Part shown: positions 8,165 to 19,300 of the stretch, piece after piece
Position numbering within the stretch: position 1 is the first letter of the stretch
Layout: the number at the start of each line of letters is the position of its first letter
IMG/VR virus record: IMGVR_UViG_3300025011_000002
Origin: a virus
Lineage: Duplodnaviria; Heunggongvirae; Uroviricota; Caudoviricetes
Reading direction: 5' to 3' (one strand)
DNA length: 64,000 bases
Made by a program: the position numbers and the translations under genes
Notes under the pieces: generated by a model
What the model was told of the DNA's origin: nothing
What the model saw: the letters and a program-made list of their open reading frames with translations, nothing else
Database searches by the model: none

Positions 8165-8395
8165 TTAATTTAAAACTACGCTATATGCTTCAAACTCTTC
8201 AACTATTACTTCTTTTAATGTCATAGAATAATTTAATGATTCTACTTCTTTAGTGCAAGTATCAGAAACTTGATTGTTTTCCATAATTCTATTATATAGA
8301 TGATTTAGTTTTTCTTTTCTTGTTCCTAATCTTTGCAAATCTGAATCAATGGCTATGATTGTTTTTGCTATTTGTTCTATTTTTTCTTTATTCAT
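8165..8395 (-). CDS. hypothetical protein
   Basis: 76-aa ORF. Confidence 0.3.
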   Translation of the reverse strand: MNKEKIEQIAKTIIAIDSDLQRLGTRKEKLNHLYNRIMENNQVSDTCTKEVESLNYSMTLKEVIVEEFEAYSVVLN

Positions 8396-8461
8396 TTTGA
8401 TAAATCCTCTTTATTATATATTTATTATAACATATTTTAAAATTATGTCAAGCCCATTTTT

Positions 8462-9157
8462 TTATTTAATAAAGATAAATTTCCATTTTTTATGAGTTTT
8501 CTTTTTATGCAATAGGCATTGATTTATATTTTTACTATTTAAATCATTTTCTCTTGCAAATTCAGATTGATTATTGCTTATAAATTCTTTTCCATCTGGA
8601 GAAATAGCTTTGAAAAATTTTTGGGTCTTCCATATTATTTTATTCCAGTCTATTCCTCTTCTATTTCCATGTTGCTCTTCGTCAGTAGCCCATCTACAAT
8701 TATCTAAAGAATAGCCTAAATCATTATTTATTCTGTCTATAGAAGTATTATTCTCTTCAAAATCTTTACAATGTTCTAAATAACTCTCATACATATCATC
8801 TTTGAAATTATTAAAAGATTCTAACCATTTATCACATATTTTAATATCATGTTCTCCGTAATATTTATAGGCAGGATGATTTTTATTTAAACATCTTTGT
8901 TTCATTCCTTGCCATATTTTATAAAATCTATTATAAATATTTTTCCTATTCATTCCATGTTTTAAAAGATGACTAGAATCTCTTAAACATCCACAAGATT
9001 TAGTATTGCCAGATGTTAAATTACCTCCTATTGCCTTTATTAAATTTCCACAATCGCATTGACATAACCAGATAGATTGACCTTTATCAGTACGTTGTAA
9101 AAATTTTACAACATTTAATTTTTCAAACTTTTGTCCAGTTAAATCTTTTTTAATCAT
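8462..9157 (-). CDS. homing-endonuclease-like protein, dispersed paralog family member 1
   Basis: Module 1: N-terminal 'KFEKLNVV...WLCQCDCGN...SGNTKSCGCL' Cys cluster. Module 2: core 'YNRFYKIWQGMKQRC...YKYYGEHDIKICDKW..F..F.DDMY' and HNH_3-like 'SIDRINNDLGYSLDNCRWATDEEQ'. Module 3: C-terminal 'FKAISPDGKEF...FARENDL', like the C-terminal DNA-binding module of the GIY-YIG gene here. Confidence 0.5.
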   Translation of the reverse strand: MIKKDLTGQKFEKLNVVKFLQRTDKGQSIWLCQCDCGNLIKAIGGNLTSGNTKSCGCLRDSSHLLKHGMNRKNIYNRFYKIWQGMKQRCLNKNHPAYKYYGEHDIKICDKWLESFNNFKDDMYESYLEHCKDFEENNTSIDRINNDLGYSLDNCRWATDEEQHGNRRGIDWNKIIWKTQKFFKAISPDGKEFISNNQSEFARENDLNSKNINQCLLHKKKTHKKWKFIFIK

Positions 9158-9159
9158 TA

Positions 9160-9441
9160 TTAATCTAATCTACATTTACGATTAAGAAGGGCTAATAAAT
9201 CTCCACCAGAATCTTTACCAACTGTATTAACAGAAACAACTAATTGATTATGGCTACTTCTTATTCCAGTCATTTCTAAACAAGGTGAAAATCCACTACA
9301 AACACTAATTTTATCTTTGCCTTTATCTCTTTCAATTACTTTAAATTTACCAGATAATACAGCTCCAGTAATCATTGCAGGAATAAAAGTTTGTGGAACT
9401 TCTAAACTTTCAACTTCTTTTTTTTGTTTTGATTTATTCAT
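9160..9441 (-). CDS. hypothetical protein
   Basis: 93-aa ORF, no recognisable motif. Confidence 0.3.
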   Translation of the reverse strand: MNKSKQKKEVESLEVPQTFIPAMITGAVLSGKFKVIERDKGKDKISVCSGFSPCLEMTGIRSSHNQLVVSVNTVGKDSGGDLLALLNRKCRLD

Positions 9442-9495
9442 ATCTTTACTCCTTTAAATCTTATGTATTAATAATAACATCTGATAAAATAAATG

Positions 9496-9942
9496 TCAAG
9501 TGCTAATTTCATATGGAGATATATAATATTTACCAACAACATAATCTGCGTAAGATACTTTGCCTTTTTGATGATATATTTTTATATTTGAATCGTCTTT
9601 TGCAGTCAACCAATAATATTTACAAGTTTTATATTTTTCTTCATATCTATATTCTTGACCTTCTTTTACTTTAATATTATCAAGAACTATTTCACTTTCA
9701 TCTAACTCTATAAAAGCACCATAATCACCTATTATAACTTCATTATAATCATAAGCAATTAAAGTTCCAGATAAAGTATATAAAGGTATTTTATAATCTT
9801 CTGGTTTAATTCCAACAAAAAACTCTTTTATAGGGCTTGTTTTAAGTGCTTCAAAATATTTATCTTGAACTTCATAAGATAAATGCTCTGGTAACTTTTT
9901 ATACTTATATTTTAAAGCTAATTCTTCTTGAAATTGTAACAT
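9496..9942 (-). CDS. hypothetical protein
   Basis: 148-aa ORF, Y/K/E-rich. Confidence 0.35.
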   Translation of the reverse strand: MLQFQEELALKYKYKKLPEHLSYEVQDKYFEALKTSPIKEFFVGIKPEDYKIPLYTLSGTLIAYDYNEVIIGDYGAFIELDESEIVLDNIKVKEGQEYRYEEKYKTCKYYWLTAKDDSNIKIYHQKGKVSYADYVVGKYYISPYEIST

Positions 9943-10400
9943 TAGTAATCAATTCCTTTTTTATAAATTATTTGATTGCTTGTAGCTAATTTTATATTAA
10001 ACTGAATATTATCATCTGTTAAAAGCTCTTTATCATATTTTCCTATTTTAATATAATCACAATAACATTTAATATTATTTGGAACATCTTCTAAATTAAG
10101 CCTTGTAAATAACCATATTTTTTTATTTAATAATGATGATTCTCTTAATAAGTGTCTTAAGGCATAAATATCTTGATGTAGCGGTTCGCCACCAACTATA
10201 AATATGTTATCAATTAAATTATCATAATCTTGTATATATTTTTTGATATTATTAATAGTTTGTTCTGAATATTCTTCTCCTACTTCAAATGATTGTAATT
10301 CTGGATTACAGCATCCGTCACAAAAAGGCGGTAAACAACCAGATAAGAATATGTCAATAGATTTTTGAGCTATACTGTATTCTATAAAAACTATTTTCAT
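9942..10400 (-). CDS. nrdG: anaerobic ribonucleotide reductase activating protein (radical SAM)
   Basis: 152 aa. Cys cluster 'SGCLPPFCDGCCNPE', 'IVGGEPL'. One gene (the GIY-YIG insert) away from nrdD, as in T4-type nrdDG operons. Confidence 0.6.
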   Translation of the reverse strand: MKIVFIEYSIAQKSIDIFLSGCLPPFCDGCCNPELQSFEVGEEYSEQTINNIKKYIQDYDNLIDNIFIVGGEPLHQDIYALRHLLRESSLLNKKIWLFTRLNLEDVPNNIKCYCDYIKIGKYDKELLTDDNIQFNIKLATSNQIIYKKGIDY

Positions 10401-11107
10401 AAATAATCCTCATTAACATATTCCCATGTGAGACCGCAAGCTGTTTTATAAATGCCCCTGCAAGCATTACTTATAGTTCCTTTATGAATATTATAAAACC
10501 TTGAAGCTTCATTTATACTATTAAATATTTCATTTTTATTATTTTTAATTACTTTATTTGTTTTTTGAGATTTTTTTATTTTTTCTTTATGCTCGCTTGA
10601 AAATACTTTCCCCTTTTTAGCTTCACTCATTTTAATTTTTGTTTCTAAAGATAATTTTTTGTCTTTTATCCAAGTGGTTTTTCCTTTTTTAACTTTGCTT
10701 AAATTATTTTTATGTTCTTCTGATAAAATTTTACCTTTATGACTATTTGAAATTTTATTTTTTTGTTCTTCCGTAAATTTATAGCCTAATGTATTCCCAG
10801 CAATTTTACAAATATTATAGCCATTATCTCTATTATAAGACTTAAATTCATTTATCCAATATTGTTCTCTTCCTATTAATAAATATTTATCTTCAATATA
10901 TTCTATAATTTCAAATATAAAGTTTTCTTCTCCATATTTATTATATGAACTTTGAAGATGAATATTTTTATGAATATTTTTTTTTAATTTATTAAAATGT
11001 TCTTTTTTTCTTTTATATAAATTAACACTACTACCAATATATATTTTATTATTTATTATATTTATAATTTTATATATTCCAGTATTATCCATTAATATTA
11101 ATTCCAT
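10397..11107 (-). CDS. GIY-YIG homing endonuclease (I-TevI-like) with NUMOD3-like repeats
   Basis: N-terminal 'GIYKIINIINNKIYIGSSVNLYKRKKEH...GREQYWINEF'. Repeated 'GKILSEEHKNNLSKVKKGK'-type motifs. C-terminal HTH-like 'FNSINEASRFYNIHKGTISNACRG'. Free-standing between nrdD and nrdG. Confidence 0.8.
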   Translation of the reverse strand: MELILMDNTGIYKIINIINNKIYIGSSVNLYKRKKEHFNKLKKNIHKNIHLQSSYNKYGEENFIFEIIEYIEDKYLLIGREQYWINEFKSYNRDNGYNICKIAGNTLGYKFTEEQKNKISNSHKGKILSEEHKNNLSKVKKGKTTWIKDKKLSLETKIKMSEAKKGKVFSSEHKEKIKKSQKTNKVIKNNKNEIFNSINEASRFYNIHKGTISNACRGIYKTACGLTWEYVNEDYL

Positions 11108-13103
11108 TGTAAAATTGACGATTAGGAAAGTCTAATTCACGCCTTTCTTTAATCCAATTTTCTACTTTTGTAAGAAATCCTACAACACGAGTATATTTAC
11201 CTACTATTTTTTTATTACACATAGGGCAAATATTAATATTTCCAACACTCATATGTCCTTGTTCGCATTCTTGTAAAACGTAGTTAATGGCGAAATATAT
11301 TACTCCCATTTTAGCAGAAGTTATAATTAAGTTTTTCATAATTTCTACATCTGTTATTTCTTGGTCAATGTTTAAATGACAAATACTGCCTCCAGAAAAA
11401 TGTTTGTCAAATTTTGATTGTAAAGTAATTCTATCTAATATATTCACTTTTTTTATTAATGGAATAAATTGATTAGAATAAAATTTATAATTTATATTAA
11501 TGCCTAATTGATAATCCAACTTTGCTAATTTTATAGCTACATTTTCTGCTGGTATTTGCTCTGCATTATGAGGATTTTTAAATCTTCTTTGAAGTGCTTT
11601 ATTTGTTTCATTAATAGTATTTAATATTTCTAAAACAAAATCTTGTCCTTCTTCTGTCATAATATCAAAGCCAAGAATTTCTAAAGCTTCATAGAGTCCA
11701 ACAACTCCAAAAGTAGAGTATTGTTTTTTAATATCCATATATCCTAAAGAATAAATAGGATGGCTACCAAACCTAATAGTTCTATTAACTATGTTTCTTT
11801 TAGCATTATTAACCTCTTGACAATCAATAACAAGTTGTTTTAATTTATTTAAAAAATTATATTTATAATGAGATTTTTCAAAATCCATATATTCATAATC
11901 TTTGCAAACCATTTCAGCTAATTGAGGTAAATTACCAGTACAAACACCTAATGAACCTATCTTAGAACTTCCAGCTCCGAATGAGTTAAAATATTCATTA
12001 TCTTGTTCACTTCTAAGTCTGCAACAAGAACTTAATGTACTACTTTTACCACTATAAATATTTATAAATCCAAATTTTAAATTTTGCTCTGCAATATATT
12101 CTACAAAATCTAAATCTTGAATATTATTATCTTCATCTACTGCAAAACAAGCTGTTGTAATAGGGAATGTAAGAGGCTTTCTTTCCATTTCTCTATTCAT
12201 AATTTCAAGATAAGTTTGTTGTACTTTTTTAACAACATGCATTTGTGCAGAGTATGTTCCGTCATCTCCATGTTCTAAATCTAAAACATATGCAGGAATC
12301 ATTTGTTCTAAAAACTTTTCATCATATACAGATACGTTTGAAAATAAAGATTGTGAACCTCTATATGGTTGATTTAATCTATATATGAATCCTGTTAATA
12401 TTGATTCTAAATATTTCCAACAATCATCATTATCTTTAAAGAAGAAATGTGCATCTGATTCTGATTCAAGAATCTTGGACATATAAATAGAGATTACAAT
12501 AAGTAAATCTGCAAGTCCTGTAGCTCCAAGTGTACTATTCCCTGCTATTAAAGAGAATAATTCTATTTGTCCAAGAAACGCCATTAAACTTTTAGGTGGC
12601 TTGCTTCCACCTCTACCATCAAATACACTTGGAATACCTAATAAAGCAGTATCATATGTTGAATAATTAAAACAATAGGGCATTGACGAGGAAAAACCAC
12701 TAAAATCATTTACATATATTCTACCACTTATTTGAGATTCTATTATATGTTCTGCATATTCTTTGCTTCTATTTTTACAAAGTTCTTTCCATAGCCTATA
12801 ATAACTATTTACCAACTGCATTGGCTTTGACATTTCTATTCTATGAGATATTACAGATTTGTCAGAAACATTTGCATTAGCATCTACAGAAATATCAGAT
12901 GTTGAACTTGTATTAAAAAAACTTTTAGACATTTCATTTATATCTAATTGTTTACCTATACCATTTAAATCAAAAATATCTTCACCGTATTTTGCTTTTA
13001 ATCTATCCATAAAGTCTTTAAAAGCTTTAACATAGGAAGTTGTATGCCAAAAATCTATTCTATTAACCACTTTTATTATCCTTTTAATGCAACTCTTAAA
13101 CAA
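11085..13103 (-). CDS. nrdD: anaerobic ribonucleoside-triphosphate reductase (class III, glycyl radical)
   Basis: 672 aa. C-terminal Zn-ribbon 'CPMCNKK' followed by glycyl-radical-like 'YTRVVGFLTKVENW'. Confidence 0.75.
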   Translation of the reverse strand: MFKSCIKRIIKVVNRIDFWHTTSYVKAFKDFMDRLKAKYGEDIFDLNGIGKQLDINEMSKSFFNTSSTSDISVDANANVSDKSVISHRIEMSKPMQLVNSYYRLWKELCKNRSKEYAEHIIESQISGRIYVNDFSGFSSSMPYCFNYSTYDTALLGIPSVFDGRGGSKPPKSLMAFLGQIELFSLIAGNSTLGATGLADLLIVISIYMSKILESESDAHFFFKDNDDCWKYLESILTGFIYRLNQPYRGSQSLFSNVSVYDEKFLEQMIPAYVLDLEHGDDGTYSAQMHVVKKVQQTYLEIMNREMERKPLTFPITTACFAVDEDNNIQDLDFVEYIAEQNLKFGFINIYSGKSSTLSSCCRLRSEQDNEYFNSFGAGSSKIGSLGVCTGNLPQLAEMVCKDYEYMDFEKSHYKYNFLNKLKQLVIDCQEVNNAKRNIVNRTIRFGSHPIYSLGYMDIKKQYSTFGVVGLYEALEILGFDIMTEEGQDFVLEILNTINETNKALQRRFKNPHNAEQIPAENVAIKLAKLDYQLGININYKFYSNQFIPLIKKVNILDRITLQSKFDKHFSGGSICHLNIDQEITDVEIMKNLIITSAKMGVIYFAINYVLQECEQGHMSVGNINICPMCNKKIVGKYTRVVGFLTKVENWIKERRELDFPNRQFYNGINING

Positions 13104-13465
13104 TCATTGCAAATGTATTCGCCCAAAGTTTTAACATCTTCTTTTTTAGCTTTTACTAAAGATTTTGTTGCCTTACATTTACATTGAACTTGTTTCCAAT
13201 TTATTTCTCCACCAGAAACATAAACATCTCCATTATGTTTTGATGGATATTGTCTATTGCTTCTATATTTTCTAGCATTTCTAACACCATACCATCTATT
13301 ATCTCTCATAGATTCAAGAAATTCTTTTCTCATTTCTTCTTGTTGAAGAGGATTCATATTTTCATATTTTTGTATCAACTCTTTAGTACCTTGTTCTACT
13401 TCTTCAAAGATACCTTCATCTTTAAGAAATTCATCAAAGTTTGAACCGATATTTTCTTCATTCAT
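13076..13465 (-). CDS. hypothetical protein
   Basis: 129-aa ORF; C-terminal Cys pairs (CKCK...CNDC). Confidence 0.35.
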   Translation of the reverse strand: MNEENIGSNFDEFLKDEGIFEEVEQGTKELIQKYENMNPLQQEEMRKEFLESMRDNRWYGVRNARKYRSNRQYPSKHNGDVYVSGGEINWKQVQCKCKATKSLVKAKKEDVKTLGEYICNDCLRVALKG

Positions 13466-13476
13466 TATTTTTCTCC

Positions 13477-13653
13477 TTATATATTATCTTTTTCTATTAA
13501 CTCTAACAATATATCATCTTCTAAATAAAACATAGGTATTGTACTTGGATAAATAGTATTATGTAATAATTGACAAAATCTTAAATCAGGATTCTTTTCC
13601 CATTTTTCTTTAAGTTTATCTAAAATAACAGGGATTCTATTTTTATCTCTCAT
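13477..13653 (-). CDS. small hypothetical protein
   Basis: 58-aa ORF 'MRDKNRIPVILDKLKEKWEKNPDLRFCQLLHNTIYPSTIPMFYLEDDILLELIEKDNI'; fills the gap upstream of dut. Confidence 0.25.
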   Translation of the reverse strand: MRDKNRIPVILDKLKEKWEKNPDLRFCQLLHNTIYPSTIPMFYLEDDILLELIEKDNI

Positions 13654-14120
13654 TAGAATTTACCTGAACTTCCAAGACCTTCGCCCCTTTCAGTTTCAGA
13701 AACATTATTAACTTCCACCATAACCATAGTAGGTACTGGTTTTATTTGAAACTGTGCTACTCTTTGCTGATGTTCTACAAACACAATTTTATCTGTCATA
13801 TTTTGTAATGCTATTTTACAAGTTTCTCTATATTTAGAATCCAAAATACCTGTTCCATTAGCAAGTCTTAATCCTTCTTTAATTCCAGTAGAACTTCTTG
13901 GATATATCTTCATTTCATGGTCAGGAGGTAATTCAAAAATAAGACAAGTATCGAATATTTTAATTTCATGTGGAGCTATTGAAACTTTATTTATTTGGCA
14001 TCCTTCAAAATTATCATAAGGCAACATAATTCTTAAATCCATGCAAGCATCCCCATAATTAACATAAGATGGAATAATTGCATCTTCTCTTGTTTTTTTC
14101 ACATTTACAAGTATAGTCAT
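13653..14120 (-). CDS. dut: dUTP diphosphatase
   Basis: dUTPase motifs 'PRSSTGIKEGLRLANGTGILDSKYRE' and C-terminal 'ERGEGLGSSGKF'. Confidence 0.75.
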   Translation of the reverse strand: MTILVNVKKTREDAIIPSYVNYGDACMDLRIMLPYDNFEGCQINKVSIAPHEIKIFDTCLIFELPPDHEMKIYPRSSTGIKEGLRLANGTGILDSKYRETCKIALQNMTDKIVFVEHQQRVAQFQIKPVPTMVMVEVNNVSETERGEGLGSSGKF

Positions 14121-14311
14121 TATTTTAATCCTTTTCTTAATTCTTCTGAAAACTTATCTATTATTTCTTCTATTGTAATTTCATTATTTAATATAGCTTC
14201 TTCTATTTCATTCATAGGTAAATAACTGCATTCTTTTCTATCATAATATAAAAAATCAGTTACAAGGTCATCTGTTACTGCCAATATACGTTCTCTTCTT
14301 GTTTTACTCAT
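14120..14311 (-). CDS. hypothetical small protein
   Basis: 63-aa ORF, start/stop coupled to neighbours. Confidence 0.3.
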   Translation of the reverse strand: MSKTRRERILAVTDDLVTDFLYYDRKECSYLPMNEIEEAILNNEITIEEIIDKFSEELRKGLK

Positions 14312-14961
14312 TTTAAATATCTCTCCGCTATATGTTTTAATTTTTTTATACCTTTATAATATAAATTTTCTAAACTTCTTTGTTTTAAATCTAATTTAAT
14401 TGATAATTCTTTAAATGTTGTAGGAGTATTGCCAAATAAACCTAACTTAAATATTATAACATCTTTTTGGAATTGTTGCAACCTAAATCTTTTAGCAACT
14501 ATTATATCGTCTGATAATTTAAATAAATTTTCTATTAATATATTTTTATCTAATCCTGTTTCTGAATCATCATAATGCATGCCATCATTAAATTCACAAG
14601 TTCCATCATAATCACAATATTCTGATTGATATGTTAAAGAAATATTTTTTTCATAAAAATTATCTTCTTTTGAGAATATCTTTAATAATCTTAAAAATAA
14701 TCTATGTCTAAGATATGTTAGTAACGAACCTTTTTCTATATCAAATTTATCTACACAAGTTTTAAAAACGATAAATGCTTCTTGTAATATTTCTTCTTTA
14801 ATTAAATATTTATTTTTATTATGTATTTTTTTACATATTATATTAATAAATGGCATATTCTTATCCCATAATTTTTTTAATATAATATTTTTATTTTTTT
14901 CATCTTGTGAACTTTGATACAATAGACATAAATCTTCATTTATCGTTCTTTTTATGGTCAT
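14308..14961 (-). CDS. sigma-70 family RNA polymerase sigma factor
   Basis: Region 2-like 'EEILQEAFIVFKTCVDKFDIEKGSLLTYLRHRLFLRL'; region 4 HTH-like 'TFKELSIKLDLKQRSLENLYYKGIKKLK'. Confidence 0.55.
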   Translation of the reverse strand: MTIKRTINEDLCLLYQSSQDEKNKNIILKKLWDKNMPFINIICKKIHNKNKYLIKEEILQEAFIVFKTCVDKFDIEKGSLLTYLRHRLFLRLLKIFSKEDNFYEKNISLTYQSEYCDYDGTCEFNDGMHYDDSETGLDKNILIENLFKLSDDIIVAKRFRLQQFQKDVIIFKLGLFGNTPTTFKELSIKLDLKQRSLENLYYKGIKKLKHIAERYLK

Positions 14962-14968
14962 AAAACCT

Positions 14969-15211
14969 TTAACTCCTGTTATAAGTTATTTTTCTATCAT
15001 CTATTAAACATGGATATTTTAATATTTCTATTTTATTTCTTTCACAGAAAAGAAAAATATCTCTCATTGAACGAAAATCCATTTTATATTTAGAATTTAT
15101 GTGCATTTTTAAATCAATGTCTCCTCCAACAAAACACATATCCCTTGTATCATCGCCAACTATGCAAAATATATTAACTTTAGCCATTATTACACTCTCC
15201 CTTTTTAACAA
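14969..15211 (-). CDS. hypothetical protein
   Basis: 80-aa ORF. Confidence 0.3.
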   Translation of the reverse strand: MLKRESVIMAKVNIFCIVGDDTRDMCFVGGDIDLKMHINSKYKMDFRSMRDIFLFCERNKIEILKYPCLIDDRKITYNRS

Positions 15212-15482
15212 GAGTTATATCATAATTACCGTCAGGGATATTGTTAAAATCTTTTAATTTAAAAGATTGAGTTTCACTATTATAATTTTCCATTAAAGGT
15301 TTAAAATATTCTTTAAAAAAATCTTCTGCTTCTTTAATATTTTTAGGGTCAAATTGCATTACAACAGGTTGTTTTTTATTGCTATTACAATAACAAAATG
15401 GCGTATTTGGAGCATTTACTCTTCCACATACAGGACATTGCCACCCTTTAGGGATATAATTATCATATGGATTATTTATCAT
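15180..15482 (-). CDS. hypothetical zinc-ribbon protein
   Basis: 'WQCPVCGRVNAPNTPFCYC'. Confidence 0.35.
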   Translation of the reverse strand: MINNPYDNYIPKGWQCPVCGRVNAPNTPFCYCNSNKKQPVVMQFDPKNIKEAEDFFKEYFKPLMENYNSETQSFKLKDFNNIPDGNYDITLVKKGECNNG

Positions 15483-15695
15483 ATTATAATCCTTTCATAA
15501 TTTTGAAAGTGTTATAAGCAGTTTCTATTTTTTCAACTACTTGATTTTTACCCATATTAGGTTTACCTTTATCTATTAATTTAATTAATAGATTTTTAAA
15601 ATCTTCTACATTCTGCATAATTAATTCTCCAACTTTATTTCTTATTATACTTATAGTATATCATAATAATTAAATAATTGCAAGATGTTATATTT

Positions 15696-16322
15696 TTATA
15701 AATATTTAAAAATCCAACCTTTATACTGCTTATGAATATTTTTTAAACATTTCCAAATACTTGAAGCATGTAAATCATTCTCTCTAGCAAATTTAGTATA
15801 ATTATTTTCTATATATTCTATTCCTTCTGGTGATATAGCCTTAAATTGTTTTTGAGATGGCAAAATTCTATTTATATTTTGTTGACTAAGAGTAGCCCAT
15901 CTACAATTATCTTTATTATATCCTAAATTATTATTTTCTCTATCTATAGAAGTATTTGATTCTCCAAATTCTTTACAATGTTCTAAATATTCTTCATACA
16001 TATCTTCTTTAAAATTTATAAAATCTAACCATCTATCACAAATATTTATACCTCTTGCTCCATAATCTTTATAGCGACTATTATTTATATTTAAACATCT
16101 ATTTTTCATACCATTCCATATATTATAAAATCTTGTATAATATAATCCATGTTTATTATTATTAAAATTTTCTTTTTTTAGACATCCACAAGACATCGTT
16201 CCTCCTATTTTAACATTATATATTGATATTTCTTTTCTATTACCACAAATACACAAATATTCTGCATATTGTACCCCATTTATTTTTTTAGTATTTTTTA
16301 TAAAGTTTAATCTATTTATCAT
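15696..16322 (-). CDS. homing-endonuclease-like protein, paralog family member 2
   Basis: Same three modules as 8462..9157: 'CICGN...SCGCL', 'YTRFYNIWNGMKNRC...YKDYGARGINICDRW', 'SIDRENNNLGYNKDNCRWAT', 'FKAISPEGIEYIENNYTKFARENDL'. Confidence 0.5.
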   Translation of the reverse strand: MINRLNFIKNTKKINGVQYAEYLCICGNRKEISIYNVKIGGTMSCGCLKKENFNNNKHGLYYTRFYNIWNGMKNRCLNINNSRYKDYGARGINICDRWLDFINFKEDMYEEYLEHCKEFGESNTSIDRENNNLGYNKDNCRWATLSQQNINRILPSQKQFKAISPEGIEYIENNYTKFARENDLHASSIWKCLKNIHKQYKGWIFKYL

Positions 16323-16335
16323 TTATTTAATTATC

Positions 16336-19300
16336 CTATATTAAGTTATTATGATATAATTCTGACATTAATTCTTTCTTATCAGAAAGCCAATATATAG
16401 ATTTTAATATTTTTAATCTATTGTCTTTTTTAAAAATAGTAATATATTTTATTTCCTTATTATCTGAAATATTAAGTCTTGATAAATCCTTTATAATATT
16501 TCTTATTTTAGCCATATCTTGATTTGTTTTATCATTAATATCTATTATAGCCATATTATCATCATTATTAATAAAAGTTAATTTACTTATATTTTTTAAT
16601 CCAAATCTATAATCAGAAAAAGACTTATTATCGTTTTCTTCCATAGTTCCTTTTATTAAAACTAAATCACCTTTATTATATAATTCTTTATTTAATTTTT
16701 CCCAAATCCAAGGAGGACAACTAAATGATACTTTACTTCCTAAATATTGTACTTCAACAAAACCCATTTTATTATTATTTCTAGTAGTAATTTCTTTTAT
16801 ATTTTCTATTAACGCTATTGTACTAAATTCTACGGCATAGCCATTATCATCTAAACATAAATATTCATAATTAGATTCTTCGTCTAATAAATCTGGCATT
16901 GAAGTATAATCAAAATATTTATCGTATTTGGCAAATAAAATTAGGGGATGAAATGATATAGAATAACCCATCAATTCTTCTTCACTTGCCGAATATTCTG
17001 CTTTTGTAAAATCATCACATAATAAATCTTCTTCAATATTTTCATAAATATTATTATATAATTTATCTATATCTATATCAATTAATTGCTTATCTTTCTT
17101 AGCTTGTTTTGAAGCCCCTTTAATTGATTTTTTATTTTCCATGAGCTGTTTATACTCATCACTATTTTTATGCTTCTTTTTAGCTATTATTTCCATCACA
17201 GAATACATTATATTTTGTTCTGTATTCTTTTTAGCATCAGAAATATATTCAGTTAAATTATAATAGAATTTTGCATTATAAGGTTTTTCTATTATAGAAT
17301 TTAAAGCACCAACTCTACATAAACATTCAATAGCGGATTTATCTAATTTAGGAACTCTTTTTATTAAATCTTCAATTGATTTAAAATTACCATTCTTATT
17401 TCTTTCTTGCATTAAAGGTTTAATAACTGCTTCTCCTAATCCTTTTAAAGAACTAAAAGAAAATCTTATATTGTTATTTTCATCTATTTCAAATTTATCT
17501 GTAGAAATATTAATATCTGGAGGCAATATTTTAATGCCTGTTTGAAAACAATTAGCGATACAACTACTTAATTTATCTGCATTATTACTTATTGCATTTA
17601 AATAAGATGTCATATATTCTACTCTATAATTGCATTTTAAATATGCTGTTACATAAGATAAAGCAGAGTAAGCTATAGAGTGAGGTAAGGCAAACCCATA
17701 ATTAGCAAATTTTTCAATATCTGAAAATACTCTTTCCGCAAATACTTGTTCATACCCATTATTAACACAACCATCTATAAATTTTTGCTTCTGTAAAGGC
17801 ATATCTTTTATAACTTTTTTACCAATTACATAACGCATAGAATCTGCTTCTGCCATTGAAAAGTCAGCCAATTCTCTAACTACTTGCATTACATTTTCTT
17901 GATAAATCATAAGTCCTAAAGTATCTTTCATATAATTTTCTAAAGTAGGACAAAGATAAGATATTTCTTCTTCTCCGTTTCTTCTTCTAATATAAGCCTC
18001 TGTAAGTTTAGAATCCAATGCTCCAGGTCTTGCAGCAGCATTAACAACAGAGAGTTCTTCAAGTGTTCTTGGTCTTATTTTTCTTAATAAGCTTTTCATT
18101 AACTTTGATTCAAATTGGAATACTCCAAAAGAATCACCATCACACAACATATCATAAGTTTTTTTATCTTTAAAATCTAACTTTTTAAAATCTATAAAAA
18201 TATCATGCTGTTTTTTTATTGTTTCAATACATTCTCTAACTATTGATAAATTACTTAAACCTAAAACATCTAATTTAAGTAATTTTAAATCTCCATCTAC
18301 TTCTTTCATAGAAAATGCAGATGCTTTTACCTTATTGCCTTTTGTATCTTTAACAACTACAGCAGGGCAAATATTATCTAAAGGTTGATTACTTATTATT
18401 TGCCCACAAGCATGTAATCCTCTTTTATCTTTTATATTTTCTAATTTTCCTGCAACATCATAAATCTTTTTAAATAATTCATTATTATTATATAATTCCT
18501 GTAATATATTATTTTCTTGTAGATTTTGTGCTAATGTTTGTTTCGTATTTATATAATTAGTTATTTTATTAGCATCCTGAAATGGCATTTCTAAGATAGA
18601 TGCAACAGCTTTAAAACTTGCTTTTGATGTAAATGTTCCATAAGTAGAAATATAAGCAACATAATCATCGCCATATTTTTTAGTTAAATAATCAATAACT
18701 TTATATCTATCATTATCATCTATATCACAGTCCACATCTGGAGCAGATATTCTATGTATATTAATAAATCTTTCAAAATATAAGTTATATTCTATAGGGT
18801 CAATATGAGTAACATTTAAACAATATAAGACTAAACTGGCAGTAGCAGAACCCCTACCAAATCCAGTATATATATCTTCTTTTTCGCAAAATTGATACAT
18901 ATCATATAATAAAATAAAATAATCAACAAATCCTATTTGATTAATAGTTTCTAATTCATATTTTAATCTATCTATATATATTTTAGTGTCAACAACTCTA
19001 TCTTTAAATCTTTCAACATATCCTTGTTTTGTTAATTCTACAAGTTTTCTAAAACTTTCTTTTTTATCTTCTGAAAATACAGGATAATTATATCCATCTT
19101 GTTTTAAGATAACATTACAAGAATCAGCAATAATATTAGTATTTAAAATACATTCTTCAAAAATATCATCTGGCAAATAATCAAATATTTCTTTTAATTC
19201 TGATTTATTTTTAAGATAAAATTCATTCGTATCAAATTTAAATCTTTTTTCAGAAGACATTTTAGAACCAGTATTTTTACATAATAAAACTTCATGGGCA

